The notes under the pieces: generated by a model | Database searches by the model: none | What the model saw: only the letters and a program-made list of their open reading frames with translations | Told to the model about the DNA's origin: nothing | Part shown: piece after piece, positions 18,709 to 28,610 of the stretch | Layout: every line of letters starts with the position of its first letter | How positions within the stretch are numbered: the stretch's first letter is position 1 | Translations under genes and position numbers: made by a program | Source: a virus | Taxonomy: Duplodnaviria > Heunggongvirae > Uroviricota > Caudoviricetes | Reading direction: 5' to 3' (one strand) | IMG/VR virus record: IMGVR_UViG_2526164632_000038 | DNA: 40,504 nucleotides

Positions 18709-20026
18709 TCTCGATGTCCTCGTCGGTAATGGATGCCCCGATGCCGGTTACGTCAGAATTTTCGCGCAAATCAGTCATAGCGGCTTTCAGTGTCATCAGA
18801 CCATCACCCAGCGCCGTACTGATTGCGTTGGTAGTGTTTAACGCCACCGTTGAGCGATCGACATCAGACATTTGCCAGAGCGGGTTAAACTCAAACGTGA
18901 AATCGTCCGGCAGCGGCTTGCCAAGCTCCGAACGATGCATGATGTCCAGTATCCGCCGCACCGGAAGACGTAAACGCCTCTCCTGTAACGAGCTTACCCG
19001 GTCGTAATAGTTGGCAAGGTCTGCATCGCCGGTAGAAAATCCTTTCGGGGACTGTCCGAACAACCGCACCAGTGGGATACCAACAGCGCCACTAATCTGT
19101 TCTGCAAACTGCGAAAGGATGTCATCCAGACCACTGAAGCTGTACTGATGCGTTTCAAACTTATCCCGCGAGTCCATGAGTGTCATACCTTCATTGCTCT
19201 GGAACTGTCGAATCAGGTCGATATTCTTCAGCAACGCTTCATACGCAGGACCACCAAGTGCGATAAGCTCGCGTAGCTTCTCCACGCTGTAGGTGCGCAG
19301 ATGCGCCTTGTAGACCAGCTGCGCCGCGCCGACAGTAGCGCTGTCGAACGCGGTAAGACGATCCCAGATACGCTCTACAACCGACATTCCCCATTCGTTC
19401 TCGGTCATCTTCTGCTGAAATGGCAGCGTGACGCCATCAAAGCGAATCAGGCGACTGTGATGAATGCGCCAGGCAGGAATTCCCGTTGCTGTGGTCACCA
19501 CATCGTAAAACTCAGGTTTACCCAGGTCCGGCCCCATATCTTTAATGCGGCGGGTCAGTACCGGGTCGATCATCCAGCGGTCGAGCGGGAGAATCCCCTT
19601 AAACTTGCCCTTACCGATGGTTTCGGGTCGCAGCGGGGTCATTGGTGCCTGCCCCTCAATCATGATGAAACCCACCGCGCCGCCGTAGAGGCGCGACCAT
19701 TTCAGCACGTCATTCAGCGCATCCCAGATTTGCAACTCATCCAGTTGTGATTCGAGAATGCCACGATCTTTTGCATCAATTTCCGACGTGATGCGAATGC
19801 CTTTGCGGGTCATATCATCCGGGATAGCATCGACTGCTTCGCCGATGATCCAGGATGAACGATAGGACCATTCCACCAGCATGCGGTTACGACTGGTGAA
19901 ATTAGCCCGGTAGGTGGATGCTGAGTGCTGGTTAGGTGTCTGCATCCCTACGCGGGCAATAAAATTCTCATAACCATCAGCTGTGGCCTGCGCAGTTCGC
20001 CGCAGGGCTTGTTTGTTTCGTGCCAT
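18560..20026 (-). CDS. Portal protein
   Basis: 488-aa ORF whose start overlaps the large terminase stop; acidic C-terminus. Confidence 0.6.
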   Translation of the reverse strand: MARNKQALRRTAQATADGYENFIARVGMQTPNQHSASTYRANFTSRNRMLVEWSYRSSWIIGEAVDAIPDDMTRKGIRITSEIDAKDRGILESQLDELQIWDALNDVLKWSRLYGGAVGFIMIEGQAPMTPLRPETIGKGKFKGILPLDRWMIDPVLTRRIKDMGPDLGKPEFYDVVTTATGIPAWRIHHSRLIRFDGVTLPFQQKMTENEWGMSVVERIWDRLTAFDSATVGAAQLVYKAHLRTYSVEKLRELIALGGPAYEALLKNIDLIRQFQSNEGMTLMDSRDKFETHQYSFSGLDDILSQFAEQISGAVGIPLVRLFGQSPKGFSTGDADLANYYDRVSSLQERRLRLPVRRILDIMHRSELGKPLPDDFTFEFNPLWQMSDVDRSTVALNTTNAISTALGDGLMTLKAAMTDLRENSDVTGIGASITDEDIENAEDEAPPGIGESDDEPQEPSGGNPLSNQPTQDSAGGRRHRKWSLRWFK

Positions 20027-21648
20027 CAGGCCTGTCTCCCTAGCAGCTCCCAGATGTTCAGGGCTGAATTCATTGGGGCATAGTTGATCATCACCGAGTC
20101 GGCAAGGTTTGGCGATCGGGTTCCATCAGGCTGTTTATCAATAACGATTTTTCCCACACCATTAATGGAATAGGTCGGCTGCGAAAGCTCGATGATGAGT
20201 TTATCTTTGAGTGCCATGCTACTGCTGATTGAGATGATTTCGTCCGGGTTGTAAGCCATACCTTCAACCACGGCGCGCCAGGTATTCTGAAAAAGTTTAC
20301 GTAACCGCCACCAGCTCTGGGCTTTGGCGTTAGCGAAGAAGTCCTTGTTCAGACGTGCGGCTTGCCCGTTGTCCCCGCGAACAGCTTCATCATCCGGATC
20401 AAATACCGCGCCACTACCTCGAAACGGTGTGGCAAGTATTGACGGTCGACGCGCAGCGTTACGCAGTTCGTTGATAGCGCGTGCATCGCCGCGAACGCCA
20501 GCGCCCAGCCCGTCCTCGTCAAAGCGAAACTCTTCGAGGTTGTCCTGTTCGCAAAAGCCGAAAACCTTCTCGACGGACTGATAAATGTCGCTGCCCACAC
20601 CGGACCATTCCCGCACATTTTCCAGGAGGAAGCCATGACGGGTGGAAAAGGCATTTTTGTCCCTGCCTTCGTCGGCGACATCCATCGCGCCAAGTCGTTT
20701 GCCTGTTGGCTGGATACCCAGTTTGATATGCGCATCAACGGCAGCCTGTACCCATTCGGATGGAATCAGAACGCCTTCCGCTGATGCGCTGTAGTTCAGA
20801 TCAAGTTCCTGTGCCACCACCACCGGATTATCGATTTTCTCGCATTCCCTGCGATACCACTCTTCATCCTTGCGAGGATCATCCCGCCAGTGGAATGTGA
20901 ATACCGGTATCTTCCCGCCATGACGCTTCTGAGCGAACGGGTTAGCCATGCCGTTAACTGAACTCAGGTCGATACGGCAACGCGTCGTTTGTGACAACGC
21001 CGCATCAATCAGCAGAGGACGCTGAAGGAATGCAGCCTCATCAACCAGATAAAGCGTGGTACGGTCACCACGACCAATATTATCGCCAGCCTCGCCTTTG
21101 ATAACGGCACCAGTTTCAGGAAACTCAACACGCATATATGGCGCGTGCTTCTTCTCGCTCCACGAACCGCGAAACTCTACAGGTAGCGTTTCCACGAACT
21201 TGCGTGCCTTCCAGAACAATGCTTTCGGGTCACCAGTGCTGTCGACGTATTCCTCTTTACGGGAGCCGAAACCGATAACCATTTCTTTGTTGAAGAGACA
21301 AAGCGAGCAGGCCAGTCCGATCGCGGTCCAACTGAGCCCCATTTCACGGGATTTTTCGGTAATACCATTCTCCCGATTGCCCCAGCGTTCCATAATCCAG
21401 TGGATCCACTCCTCCTGCTTAGGGAAGAGTAAAAACGGAATGGTCACCGGCAGGCCATAATCAATATTACGCGGGTCCGTTGTCATGCCCCAGTCGATGA
21501 TGAACTGAGCCGGATTGGTTCGGTAAAACTGCTTCAATACGGGCAATATTTCAGGATTCTGGCGAATGCGCTGTAGGCGTTCCATCCGCCATTCAAAAAC
21601 CATCTGGTAATCAGGATGTTTAAAATCGAAGGGGAATGGTAACGGCAT
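20026..21648 (-). CDS. Terminase large subunit
   Basis: 540-aa ORF; Walker B-like [10 protein letters not shown]; follows the small subunit and precedes the portal. Confidence 0.7.
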   Translation of the reverse strand: MPLPFPFDFKHPDYQMVFEWRMERLQRIRQNPEILPVLKQFYRTNPAQFIIDWGMTTDPRNIDYGLPVTIPFLLFPKQEEWIHWIMERWGNRENGITEKSREMGLSWTAIGLACSLCLFNKEMVIGFGSRKEEYVDSTGDPKALFWKARKFVETLPVEFRGSWSEKKHAPYMRVEFPETGAVIKGEAGDNIGRGDRTTLYLVDEAAFLQRPLLIDAALSQTTRCRIDLSSVNGMANPFAQKRHGGKIPVFTFHWRDDPRKDEEWYRRECEKIDNPVVVAQELDLNYSASAEGVLIPSEWVQAAVDAHIKLGIQPTGKRLGAMDVADEGRDKNAFSTRHGFLLENVREWSGVGSDIYQSVEKVFGFCEQDNLEEFRFDEDGLGAGVRGDARAINELRNAARRPSILATPFRGSGAVFDPDDEAVRGDNGQAARLNKDFFANAKAQSWWRLRKLFQNTWRAVVEGMAYNPDEIISISSSMALKDKLIIELSQPTYSINGVGKIVIDKQPDGTRSPNLADSVMINYAPMNSALNIWELLGRQA

Positions 21649-21650
21649 AC

Positions 21651-22223
21651 TTAGCCCATCATTTTTCTATACGCCTCTGCAGCCTGCTCCGGCGTTAAGT
21701 TGGTAATTTCTGTTCTGACGGGTCCTCCATCAGCGCCAGTCACTTCATTTTTGACGTTGTCTTTAAACGCCTGAACAGAAACATGACGCCCAAGCAACTC
21801 AAGGTTTTTAACCTTATCAGGCCACTTAATCTTTTTAAGGATCCCGACCATTTCTCTGTCATCTCCTCGCCCCTCAAACATTTCAGCGAGGTTAAATCCA
21901 CTCAGGTACCGACGCCACGATTCCGGCCACGCAGACAGAGGCTTAATACTTAAATCGTCCTCCAGGATGTCAGCCACATCGAGCCTGTCGATCTCAACCA
22001 GTCGCATCAGCACATAATTAGCATCAATGCCCAGTTGATCAATACGCTCCTGCTTTAGCTCGTTAATACGGGCGCGTATCTCAGGTTTACCGTATAGTTC
22101 AGCCCCCGTAACATGTGCTCGCCTGGAGACGTAGCCTGCGCGAATAGCTGCTTGTGTAGCATTCAGATCGACAAGAAACTCGCGACAAAACACCTCGTGT
22201 TTTGCTTTCAGCTTCTTAGTCAT
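21651..22223 (-). CDS. Terminase small subunit
   Basis: 190-aa ORF immediately upstream of the large subunit, basic N-terminus. Confidence 0.55.
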   Translation of the reverse strand: MTKKLKAKHEVFCREFLVDLNATQAAIRAGYVSRRAHVTGAELYGKPEIRARINELKQERIDQLGIDANYVLMRLVEIDRLDVADILEDDLSIKPLSAWPESWRRYLSGFNLAEMFEGRGDDREMVGILKKIKWPDKVKNLELLGRHVSVQAFKDNVKNEVTGADGGPVRTEITNLTPEQAAEAYRKMMG

Positions 22224-22284
22224 TTTATTTTCCAGTTATCAGGTCATTATCGAAGCCCCTCCTGGAAGAGCTTCTGTAATGCTA

Positions 22285-22809
22285 TTACCGGGACTGTTCT
22301 ATTTGTCGGACACCAGCCAACTGGTTATTCGCCTTCTCGATGGCTGCCAACAGTGGGTTAATCCACAGAACAGCCTGGCAATATGTCAACGTTCTGGTGG
22401 TAGTGGCACGATCACCGGCTGAGTCAATGTCCCCGGAATCGGCGTGCAATGCGCTGGCGCGTAAACGGTTCGCGTAGTTGAGCAACCCGACAGCAATATC
22501 AACAGGAACAGGGAAATCACAGTTCTTTTCACGGAGCAGAACCTCACGGTATTTGATGACTGTCTTCTCGTGACCGATGTCGACCAGAGAATTTAATCGG
22601 CTTGCGTTTTCTGCTATCTGGTTAAAACGATTGAAGTTTAATGCCTGATTAGCTATCACTTTCCCTTGATATTCAGCTTCACCTTCCGCTTTATCAGCCC
22701 GCAACTTTTCTGCCTGATACTTGCTGTGGTAATGGTTTGCAGACCAGACGAGCGCCCCAAAGGCAGAGAAGAAAAATGCCGCGATGACAATCTTATAAGT
22801 CAGCTTCAT
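22285..22809 (-). CDS. Rz-like inner-membrane spanin
   Basis: N-terminal TM helix (KIVIAAFFFSAFGALVW) followed by a charged helical domain; overlaps the endolysin 3' end. Confidence 0.5.
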   Translation of the reverse strand: MKLTYKIVIAAFFFSAFGALVWSANHYHSKYQAEKLRADKAEGEAEYQGKVIANQALNFNRFNQIAENASRLNSLVDIGHEKTVIKYREVLLREKNCDFPVPVDIAVGLLNYANRLRASALHADSGDIDSAGDRATTTRTLTYCQAVLWINPLLAAIEKANNQLAGVRQIEQSR

Positions 22810-23269
22810 TTACCACCCCACCAGCATCTTTAAACCTGGAAATCAGGTCACCGATTTTATGTTCATACTGACCGTAACCTGCACCAGGTAACGACGCCCA
22901 GATATTGCTGCAACGGTCGATTGCCTGACGAATATCGCCACGGTCAATCATCGGTAAAGCGCCACGCTCTTTAATCTGCTGCAGCGCCACAGCGTCCTGA
23001 CTTTCTGGCGAAAAATCTTTCAGGCCAAGCTGCTTGCGGTAGGCATCCCACCAGCGTGAAAGAAGCTGATACCGGCCTGCGGCTGTTGATTTAAGCTTCG
23101 GGTTTAGCGTGACAAGTTTGCGAGGGTGATCGGAGTAATCAGTGAACAACTCACCTCCGACGATAACGTCATAACCGTGATTACGTGTCGGTTGTCGCCC
23201 GTTATCCGTTCCTTCTGACCATGCCACCATATCCAGGAAAGCTTTGCGTTGGGAATTTAGTGTCTGCAT
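22793..23269 (-). CDS. Endolysin, lambda R-type lytic transglycosylase
   Basis: MQTLNSQRKAFLDMVAWSEGTDNGRQPTRNHGYDVIVGGELFTDYSDHPRKLVTLNPKLKSTAAGRYQLLSRWWDAYRKQLGLKDF... is near-colinear with lambda R as I recall it. Confidence 0.85.
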   Translation of the reverse strand: MQTLNSQRKAFLDMVAWSEGTDNGRQPTRNHGYDVIVGGELFTDYSDHPRKLVTLNPKLKSTAAGRYQLLSRWWDAYRKQLGLKDFSPESQDAVALQQIKERGALPMIDRGDIRQAIDRCSNIWASLPGAGYGQYEHKIGDLISRFKDAGGVVNEADL

Positions 23270-23272
23270 GAA

Positions 23273-23614
23273 TTACTCCTTAGAGCCACCAAACTTGTTA
23301 CCGATTACTCGCATTGCAGCCCCACGAATAGCATCGACACCGATCAGCCCAACACCACCACCAATGGCAACAGAAAGAGATTTAGGCCATCCAACATACT
23401 CAAGAGCGGATGCAAAGGTCAGCGTCAGAGCACCACAGAGCAAAATCTCAAGCGTTTTTCGTTTCCAGCCGCCGCCACCGCCAAAATAGGCAATGCGCAA
23501 GCCAGCCATAACAATTGACATAACCACTGCGCCCAACGGCGTATCTCCACGCCACCAACTTTGTAAGAGTTCCAGTAAGTCAGGCCAGGAATGAGGAGCA
23601 TTGTGCATTTTCAT
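23273..23614 (-). CDS. Holin with dual-start motif (MKM)
   Basis: GGAGGTG 7 nt upstream of ATG-AAA-ATG at 23614; hydrophobic segments; directly upstream of the endolysin. The listed ORF starts 18 nt further up at 23632 without an SD. Confidence 0.6.
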   Translation of the reverse strand: MKMHNAPHSWPDLLELLQSWWRGDTPLGAVVMSIVMAGLRIAYFGGGGGWKRKTLEILLCGALTLTFASALEYVGWPKSLSVAIGGGVGLIGVDAIRGAAMRVIGNKFGGSKE

Positions 23615-23713
23615 ACTTCCCACCTCCGCCATTACGGGGTGTTGTTGAAAGGCGGGCCCTGCGTATACGCCCGTAGGATTGGGTTATGAGCCGTCCTTCG
23701 GTGGGCCCTGAAT

Positions 23714-23740
23714 ACAAAAAAAGTTCGCCATAGCGAACCT
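23714..23740 (-). terminator. Rho-independent terminator in the late-operon leader
   Basis: Minus strand reads GGTTCGC-TATG-GCGAAC followed by TTTTTTT, about 75 nt upstream of the holin start. Confidence 0.55.
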
Positions 23741-23965
23741 TGTTAAATTTGTTAAAAAAGGAAGTTATTTAACATAATGTACGTTATAGGAACCACACGA
23801 TCCCCGCTCGCAATAGATTTGCGATGAAAGGCCTATTTAATCAACTTAAGTGGTCCAGAATGACGAAATTCGAGTGAATAAAAGGTGCATAAAAAAGGGC
23901 AAAAACTGCATAGCGTTTTTTCGCAGCGAAAGCCCTGTTTTATTAGCTTTTCCCCAGAATGGGGC

Positions 23966-23992
23966 AATAAAAAAGGCCCCCTTGCGGAAGCC
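23966..23992 (-). terminator. Second terminator-like hairpin in the late leader (GNRA loop)
   Basis: Minus strand reads GGCTTCC-GCAA-GGGGGCC (two G-U wobbles) followed by TTTTTTATT. Confidence 0.4.
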
Positions 23993-24431
23993 TCTTCGTG
24001 ATGAACTGTTTTCAACAGATATCAGGCTAATCGGCTTTTTGGAATTCCACAACTATTTTTTATCTTACCTTGATGCCTGATGCCGTCAGATGTTTACGAC
24101 AGTCCTGAATACCTTCGTTATAACCCGCATCGTAGAAGCTATCCGGCTTTGCCTTCAGCGCAGGAAGCGTAACGCTGGTAGCTCTTCGTTCGGCCAGAAC
24201 ACCTGCCTGAAAGAGTGTCCACATCAACTGAACTGCTGAATCACAGTAAGTAACATCTTCACTGTACAATTCTCGTTCAATCCGATGCCAAGTTGAGCCT
24301 TCATTGATGCGCCAATATTACCTTTGACCTGCAACGACAGGTCTGGGTACCTCTGTTCCATGAAGCTTTCAAATCTGTTGCGAACGCTGATCAGAGCCAT
24401 CTGGTTCCCTTACGTGATTGATTGCTGGATA

Positions 24432-24854
24432 TTATGCCGCCGAGCAGCTCCTACGCAAAGTCCTGATAGCCTGAGGCTTTGACTGAACCGACTGATCCAT
24501 TTCGAGCACCACATCCAGCATGGCTAAGCAACCGTCAATAAATCCCTCTGCCGCCTGAAGCCTCTTCAGAACGTGGGTGTGAGATACGCCGAGCTTCTCA
24601 CCCATCGCCCGCACGGGCATGGCCTGGACGTAATGCCACTCAAGGAGCGTGCACAGATACGGATCTTTTTTCTTCAGGCAGCTCATAGCGGAGTTGATGA
24701 TAAGACCGTCATTGTCACTGCATTTCAGCCTTCCAGACTGCGTCGCGGGTAGCAGATTCTTAAACCCGGCTGCAACAGGAGGAAAGTAGACGCTACCACC
24801 TTCACTCGCTGCCCAGCCACCCCAGCGCTCTAAAACCTGTTGAATATTACGCAT
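24432..24854 (-). CDS. Late-gene antiterminator, Q-like
   Basis: 140-aa ORF between the primase-helicase gene and the lysis cassette, upstream of the terminator-containing leader; family resemblance from memory. Confidence 0.55.
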   Translation of the reverse strand: MRNIQQVLERWGGWAASEGGSVYFPPVAAGFKNLLPATQSGRLKCSDNDGLIINSAMSCLKKKDPYLCTLLEWHYVQAMPVRAMGEKLGVSHTHVLKRLQAAEGFIDGCLAMLDVVLEMDQSVQSKPQAIRTLRRSCSAA

Positions 24855-24983
24855 AGCTCTGACCTCTACGTTTTGCTACGAAAAAATTTTCTGAGAACCA
24901 CGTCTGTTTATCCGTGGGTGTGGATAACGCAGTTCCGATTCGCTTATTACACGCTGTTATGTGCAAAAAATTCCTTGTTCGGC

Positions 24984-25155
24984 CTGTACCAATCTGTACC
25001 CACCTGTACCAGCTCTTTTCAAACCTTTTCCCCAAGCGACTTATATATATATATGGGGTTCTTAGTAATTAGGTTGGTACAGATGGTACAGTTGGTACTG
25101 ACCTTTAAATTCAATTAGTTAAAATGTACCAACCTCTATTTTGAGGCTGGTACAG
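24984..25155. repeat. Iteron-like repeat array flanking an AT-rich tract (candidate origin or regulatory array)
   Basis: CTGTACC at 24984, 24994 and 25004 (10-bp phasing); (TA)n tract at 25041..25054; inverse GGTACAG/GGTACTG at 25076, 25085, 25094; further copies at 25125..25130 and 25149..25155. Confidence 0.5.
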
Positions 25156-27328
25156 GTTGGGACACCGCCTCAAAAATTCGAGTCATTTTCCCCCCAATTC
25201 GCCTTTGGGCACGCTTATACCCGCAATTTTGCAAAACATTACTAATTCGCATTTCTTCGCGTTTTCCGATGCGGTCAGGATTTAGCCCAATCGCATCACG
25301 CAAAACATCACTTGCGCGTAAAAATTCGCAATTTCGCGGAAGTTCATTAGTCATCAGGTCTGGCGTGTCGAGCCATTTCTCTACCGTTTCAAGCCAAGCA
25401 TCCTTGATGGTGTACTGTTCATGGACACTCGCTGCCAGTTGTTCAGCCTCACGGAACTGGATACCCCCCAGACGCTGAAACACCTCACGAGCCTCAGCCC
25501 AAAGTAAAAGGAGATCTCTTTTTATCGCTTTCACGTCGACTTTCGACACTTCCACGGGGAGCCAGCGACGGTTACCAGTCTTGTCCGCAAGGAATTCGTC
25601 CTCATTGGTGGTACCAACGAACACCAGGCGACGAGGAAACTGGGTGGCGAACTCCCGGTATTTCGGGATCCAGTTTTCGTGAGTACGCGTCACAAACGCT
25701 TTGATTGACTCCAGCTCTTTGGTATTAAGTCCGCGCAGTTCACCAATCTCTGCCACCAGCCGACCACGCATTTTTCGAGCGAGATCATCGTCTTTTTCGG
25801 CAAAAGAGATTTCAGTAAAAAACGCAGGATCAGGGCTCAGTGCCTCCACTCCGGAAGACTTACCGCAGCCCTGCGGACCAACGAGGATCGGCACCATATC
25901 CGCTTTGATGCCTGGCTCCAGTACTCGCCCCGCCAACGCGGTCCACATGTACATAGACACCGCACGGGTATAAGGCGTGTCGGCTGTACCGAAGTGCGTA
26001 TGGTAGAAACATTCGATGCGCGGCACGCCATCCCACTCCAGCCCGTTCAGCCAGGTAATCGCTGAATCGAATGGTTGTTCATCGGCTGCAAGTAACACCA
26101 CATCGCGAATAAGTTCACGACCAACAGGTTTAAATCCCCGCTTTTCCATCGTGATGCGCAGGCGCGCATAATCCGCATCGGTGAATGCTCGCCATTGTCC
26201 GGATCCTGCAGAGGCAAACATGATTTCGTCGCGGAACTGGTCAAAGCGAATATCGATGTCCACAAAATCAGGGCGTACTACTGCTTTGGCTGCGTTGCTG
26301 ATGGTTGCCTCGATACGCCCCCATTTATCACGCTCGAAAGCAGGCAGCGGTAAAGGTTCCGCCACTTCGGTGCTGGTCAGATCTTCGAAATCGTCGTTGC
26401 GGATCCCGATGGCATTAAGGAAATCTCCGTCATCACGATGCGCACAACTGGCATGCAGGCATTTAAAATGCCCCTGCTCAAAGCCCGCGGTTCCCGCAGG
26501 AAAATAAGCTGTGCTTGTTGGATCGCCCCCGCTACTGTGGCCGTCTTCAAACGGACAGCGGATATATCGTTCACCATTTGCGCCATCCAGCAGCGTCCAG
26601 CCATTGGCATCAAGATATTCAGCTGTATCATCCGTCGCGCCGGGCGTGAATGCTGATCGGTCGCGCATCTTCGTGTTGCCCGCTTCGGTGGTTACCGACA
26701 CAGGGAGTTGTTCAGCCAGGCGCTGCCACAGCGTTTCAAGCTGCTCACCAGTAATAGCCGGAGGTTCATCCGGCAAACCACCGTCCCATTCAATACGCGC
26801 GCCGCTGCTGTGCGTACCACAGGCAACGAACTGCTGCCCGTTCGCCAGCAACTCGATAATGCCCATATCCCCCGCCAGGCGATGGATACGCTTACAGAAA
26901 TCACCATCAACGGCCAGCAGATACAGACACTTATTACTGTTTGCTCGCCAGCGTCGCGGCGGCAACTCCCCCAGAAGTTGCACAAGCGTTTTGCGAATAT
27001 CTGCCTGAATGTCTTCATCTTCGCTATCGCAGTCCAGCGCCAGCCAGCCATGGCCTGTACGCACGCAGATGCCATAATCCGGTTCATTCGACCAGCGGGC
27101 AAAATCATGCTCAGTAACAACATACCCGGTCCATTGAGCAATACCGGTGACCTGGCGGTCCCGGTTATAGCGACTTGGCGTCTTACCCAGCGCTTTCAGT
27201 TTACTATCAGGGGATATGGTCGCACCGGGGTTACATACAACTGGGAGAAGATGATCAGTTCTCCCCAATACCAGGTCGAAATGAAACCACTCATCAGGCG
27301 TAGCTCCCCATGGTTTGCTATCGGACAT
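25136..27328 (-). CDS. Primase-helicase (primase-polymerase-like N-terminus with P-loop NTPase C-terminus)
   Basis: 730-aa ORF coupled to cro; Cys/His cluster (CPFEDGH..HFKCLHASCAH); Walker A GPQGCGKS; Walker B-like LVFVGTTNE. Confidence 0.7.
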   Translation of the reverse strand: MSDSKPWGATPDEWFHFDLVLGRTDHLLPVVCNPGATISPDSKLKALGKTPSRYNRDRQVTGIAQWTGYVVTEHDFARWSNEPDYGICVRTGHGWLALDCDSEDEDIQADIRKTLVQLLGELPPRRWRANSNKCLYLLAVDGDFCKRIHRLAGDMGIIELLANGQQFVACGTHSSGARIEWDGGLPDEPPAITGEQLETLWQRLAEQLPVSVTTEAGNTKMRDRSAFTPGATDDTAEYLDANGWTLLDGANGERYIRCPFEDGHSSGGDPTSTAYFPAGTAGFEQGHFKCLHASCAHRDDGDFLNAIGIRNDDFEDLTSTEVAEPLPLPAFERDKWGRIEATISNAAKAVVRPDFVDIDIRFDQFRDEIMFASAGSGQWRAFTDADYARLRITMEKRGFKPVGRELIRDVVLLAADEQPFDSAITWLNGLEWDGVPRIECFYHTHFGTADTPYTRAVSMYMWTALAGRVLEPGIKADMVPILVGPQGCGKSSGVEALSPDPAFFTEISFAEKDDDLARKMRGRLVAEIGELRGLNTKELESIKAFVTRTHENWIPKYREFATQFPRRLVFVGTTNEDEFLADKTGNRRWLPVEVSKVDVKAIKRDLLLLWAEAREVFQRLGGIQFREAEQLAASVHEQYTIKDAWLETVEKWLDTPDLMTNELPRNCEFLRASDVLRDAIGLNPDRIGKREEMRISNVLQNCGYKRAQRRIGGKMTRIFEAVSQPVPASK

Positions 27329-27331
27329 GGG

Positions 27332-27544
27332 TTAAGCCTTTTTATCGTTTTGTGAGCCATACAACAGCCAATTAGGGTCGCAATCCAATGCTATAGACAT
27401 TTCAAGAAGATAACGTGGCCGAGCAATAACACCACTTTCAATTCTGTTTATTGCCTGCTGGCTCACTCCTGTGAGCTCAGCCAACGTAACTTGCGTCATT
27501 TTGAGTTCTTTACGTCGTTCTTTTACTCGGGTCGCTAAGGTCAT
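27332..27544 (-). CDS. Cro-like HTH repressor
   Basis: ATG at 27544 with GAGGTGA upstream; 70 aa; HTH QVTLAELTGVSQQAINRIESG; divergent from the cI-like gene. Confidence 0.7.
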   Translation of the reverse strand: MTLATRVKERRKELKMTQVTLAELTGVSQQAINRIESGVIARPRYLLEMSIALDCDPNWLLYGSQNDKKA

Positions 27545-27583
27545 TGCTTTCACCTCATACAATTTTAGTGGTATTTAGCAACA

Positions 27584-27618
27584 ACAAATGAGGTTTGTCA
27601 AATACAACAAAAATTGTT
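27584..27618. promoter_or_regulatory. Operator-like dyads in the cro/cI divergent promoter region
   Basis: ACAAA-N5-TTTGT at 27584..27598, TTGT-N5-ACAA at 27595..27607, AACAA-N3-TTGTT at 27606..27618, within the 120-bp gap between the two starts. Confidence 0.4.
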
Positions 27619-27664
27619 TTTAATGTGGGTATACACATTAATACAACCCAGAAGGACTAATCCC

Positions 27665-28288
27665 ATGTCTCTCGCAGCCCGTTTTAAAGCACGTCGTTTG
27701 GAATTAGGAATGACTCAAGTGGAAGTAGCGAATTCTGCAGGGGTTAGCCAACAATCCATAGAATCCATCGAAAGTGGACGAACCAGAAAGCCACGCAATC
27801 TTCTGGATCTGGCTAAGGCCTTGAAATGTAGCCCAGACTGGCTACTGAACGGTAAAAATATTATGCCTCTCGCGGAGATAAGTACCAGACGCATACCTAT
27901 ATTAAGTTACGTTCAGGCAGGAGAGCTTACAGAAGCAAGAGACATAACAGATCTGACAGGGGAATTTGAATATATTTTGGCAGACTCTGACATTCCAGAA
28001 ACATGCTTCGCATTACGTATTGATGGCGACAGCATGCAACCAGAGTTTAAAGAAGGAGACATTGTTATCATCGATCCTGATCTATGTCCTGCACCAGGGG
28101 AGTTTGTTGTCGCCAAAAACGACGGTCACGAAGCTACATTTAAAAAATACCGTCCATTAGGAATCGGCATCGACGACTTTGAATTAATCCCCCTAAATCC
28201 TGATTACCCTATTTTTCGTAGTGCAGATATGAACTTACAGATCATAGGTGTAATGATCGAACACCGTATTTACCGCCGTAAACGTTAG
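27665..28288 (+). CDS. CI-like repressor (HTH plus S24 LexA-type autopeptidase domain)
   Basis: ATG at 27665 with AGAAGGA upstream; HTH QVEVANSAGVSQQSIESIESG; C-terminal GDSMQP serine motif. Confidence 0.8.
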   Translation: MSLAARFKARRLELGMTQVEVANSAGVSQQSIESIESGRTRKPRNLLDLAKALKCSPDWLLNGKNIMPLAEISTRRIPILSYVQAGELTEARDITDLTGEFEYILADSDIPETCFALRIDGDSMQPEFKEGDIVIIDPDLCPAPGEFVVAKNDGHEATFKKYRPLGIGIDDFELIPLNPDYPIFRSADMNLQIIGVMIEHRIYRRKR

Positions 28289-28307
28289 TATTCCCACCGT
28301 AAATATC

Positions 28308-28327
28308 GGGAGGCGTAACAGCCTCCC
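28308..28327 (+). terminator. Hairpin after cI (possible terminator, weak U-tract)
   Basis: GGGAGGC-GTAACA-GCCTCCC perfect 7-bp stem, followed by TTACCCCATTTG. Confidence 0.3.
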
Positions 28328-28335
28328 TTACCCCA

Positions 28336-28440
28336 TTTGTAAAGTCTTACAAATTAAATTCACTTAAATATCAATAAAGTAGTATTCACACCCCACAAAA
28401 TACCACGTTTGCGGTTTACACAATACAACTCAAATTGTAT
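28336..28440. promoter_or_regulatory. Candidate early-left operator/promoter region
   Basis: TTTGTA-N6-TACAAA at 28336..28353 and ATACAA-N6-TTGTAT at 28423..28440; half-sites resemble those between cro and cI. Confidence 0.35.
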
Positions 28441-28610
28441 CTTTAGCCACAAGTCGAACGGCGCGACTCTAAACCATGCGTCGGGACCGTGGCGGGACAG
28501 GATGTCGGCAATACGGGTCAGTAAGTTCCCTTTGGGGTGCGGCGAAGCACTGCCTACTGATACAAGTCGAAGCCGCCGAACCACCAAAGTGAACTGAATG
28601 AGGAAACGGC

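Noticed and set aside
22285-22809. Embedded outer-membrane spanin (Rz1-like) inside the Rz-like gene
   Set aside because: I scanned the alternative frames over parts of the gene and found only short stop-interrupted stretches with no lipobox start; not supported, though a short ORF could have been missed.
25041-25054. (TA)7 simple repeat as a possible CRISPR or microsatellite feature
   Set aside because: Too short and not a spacer-repeat structure; better explained as the AT-rich core of the iteron-flanked region. No CRISPR array, tRNA or rRNA was seen anywhere in the window.
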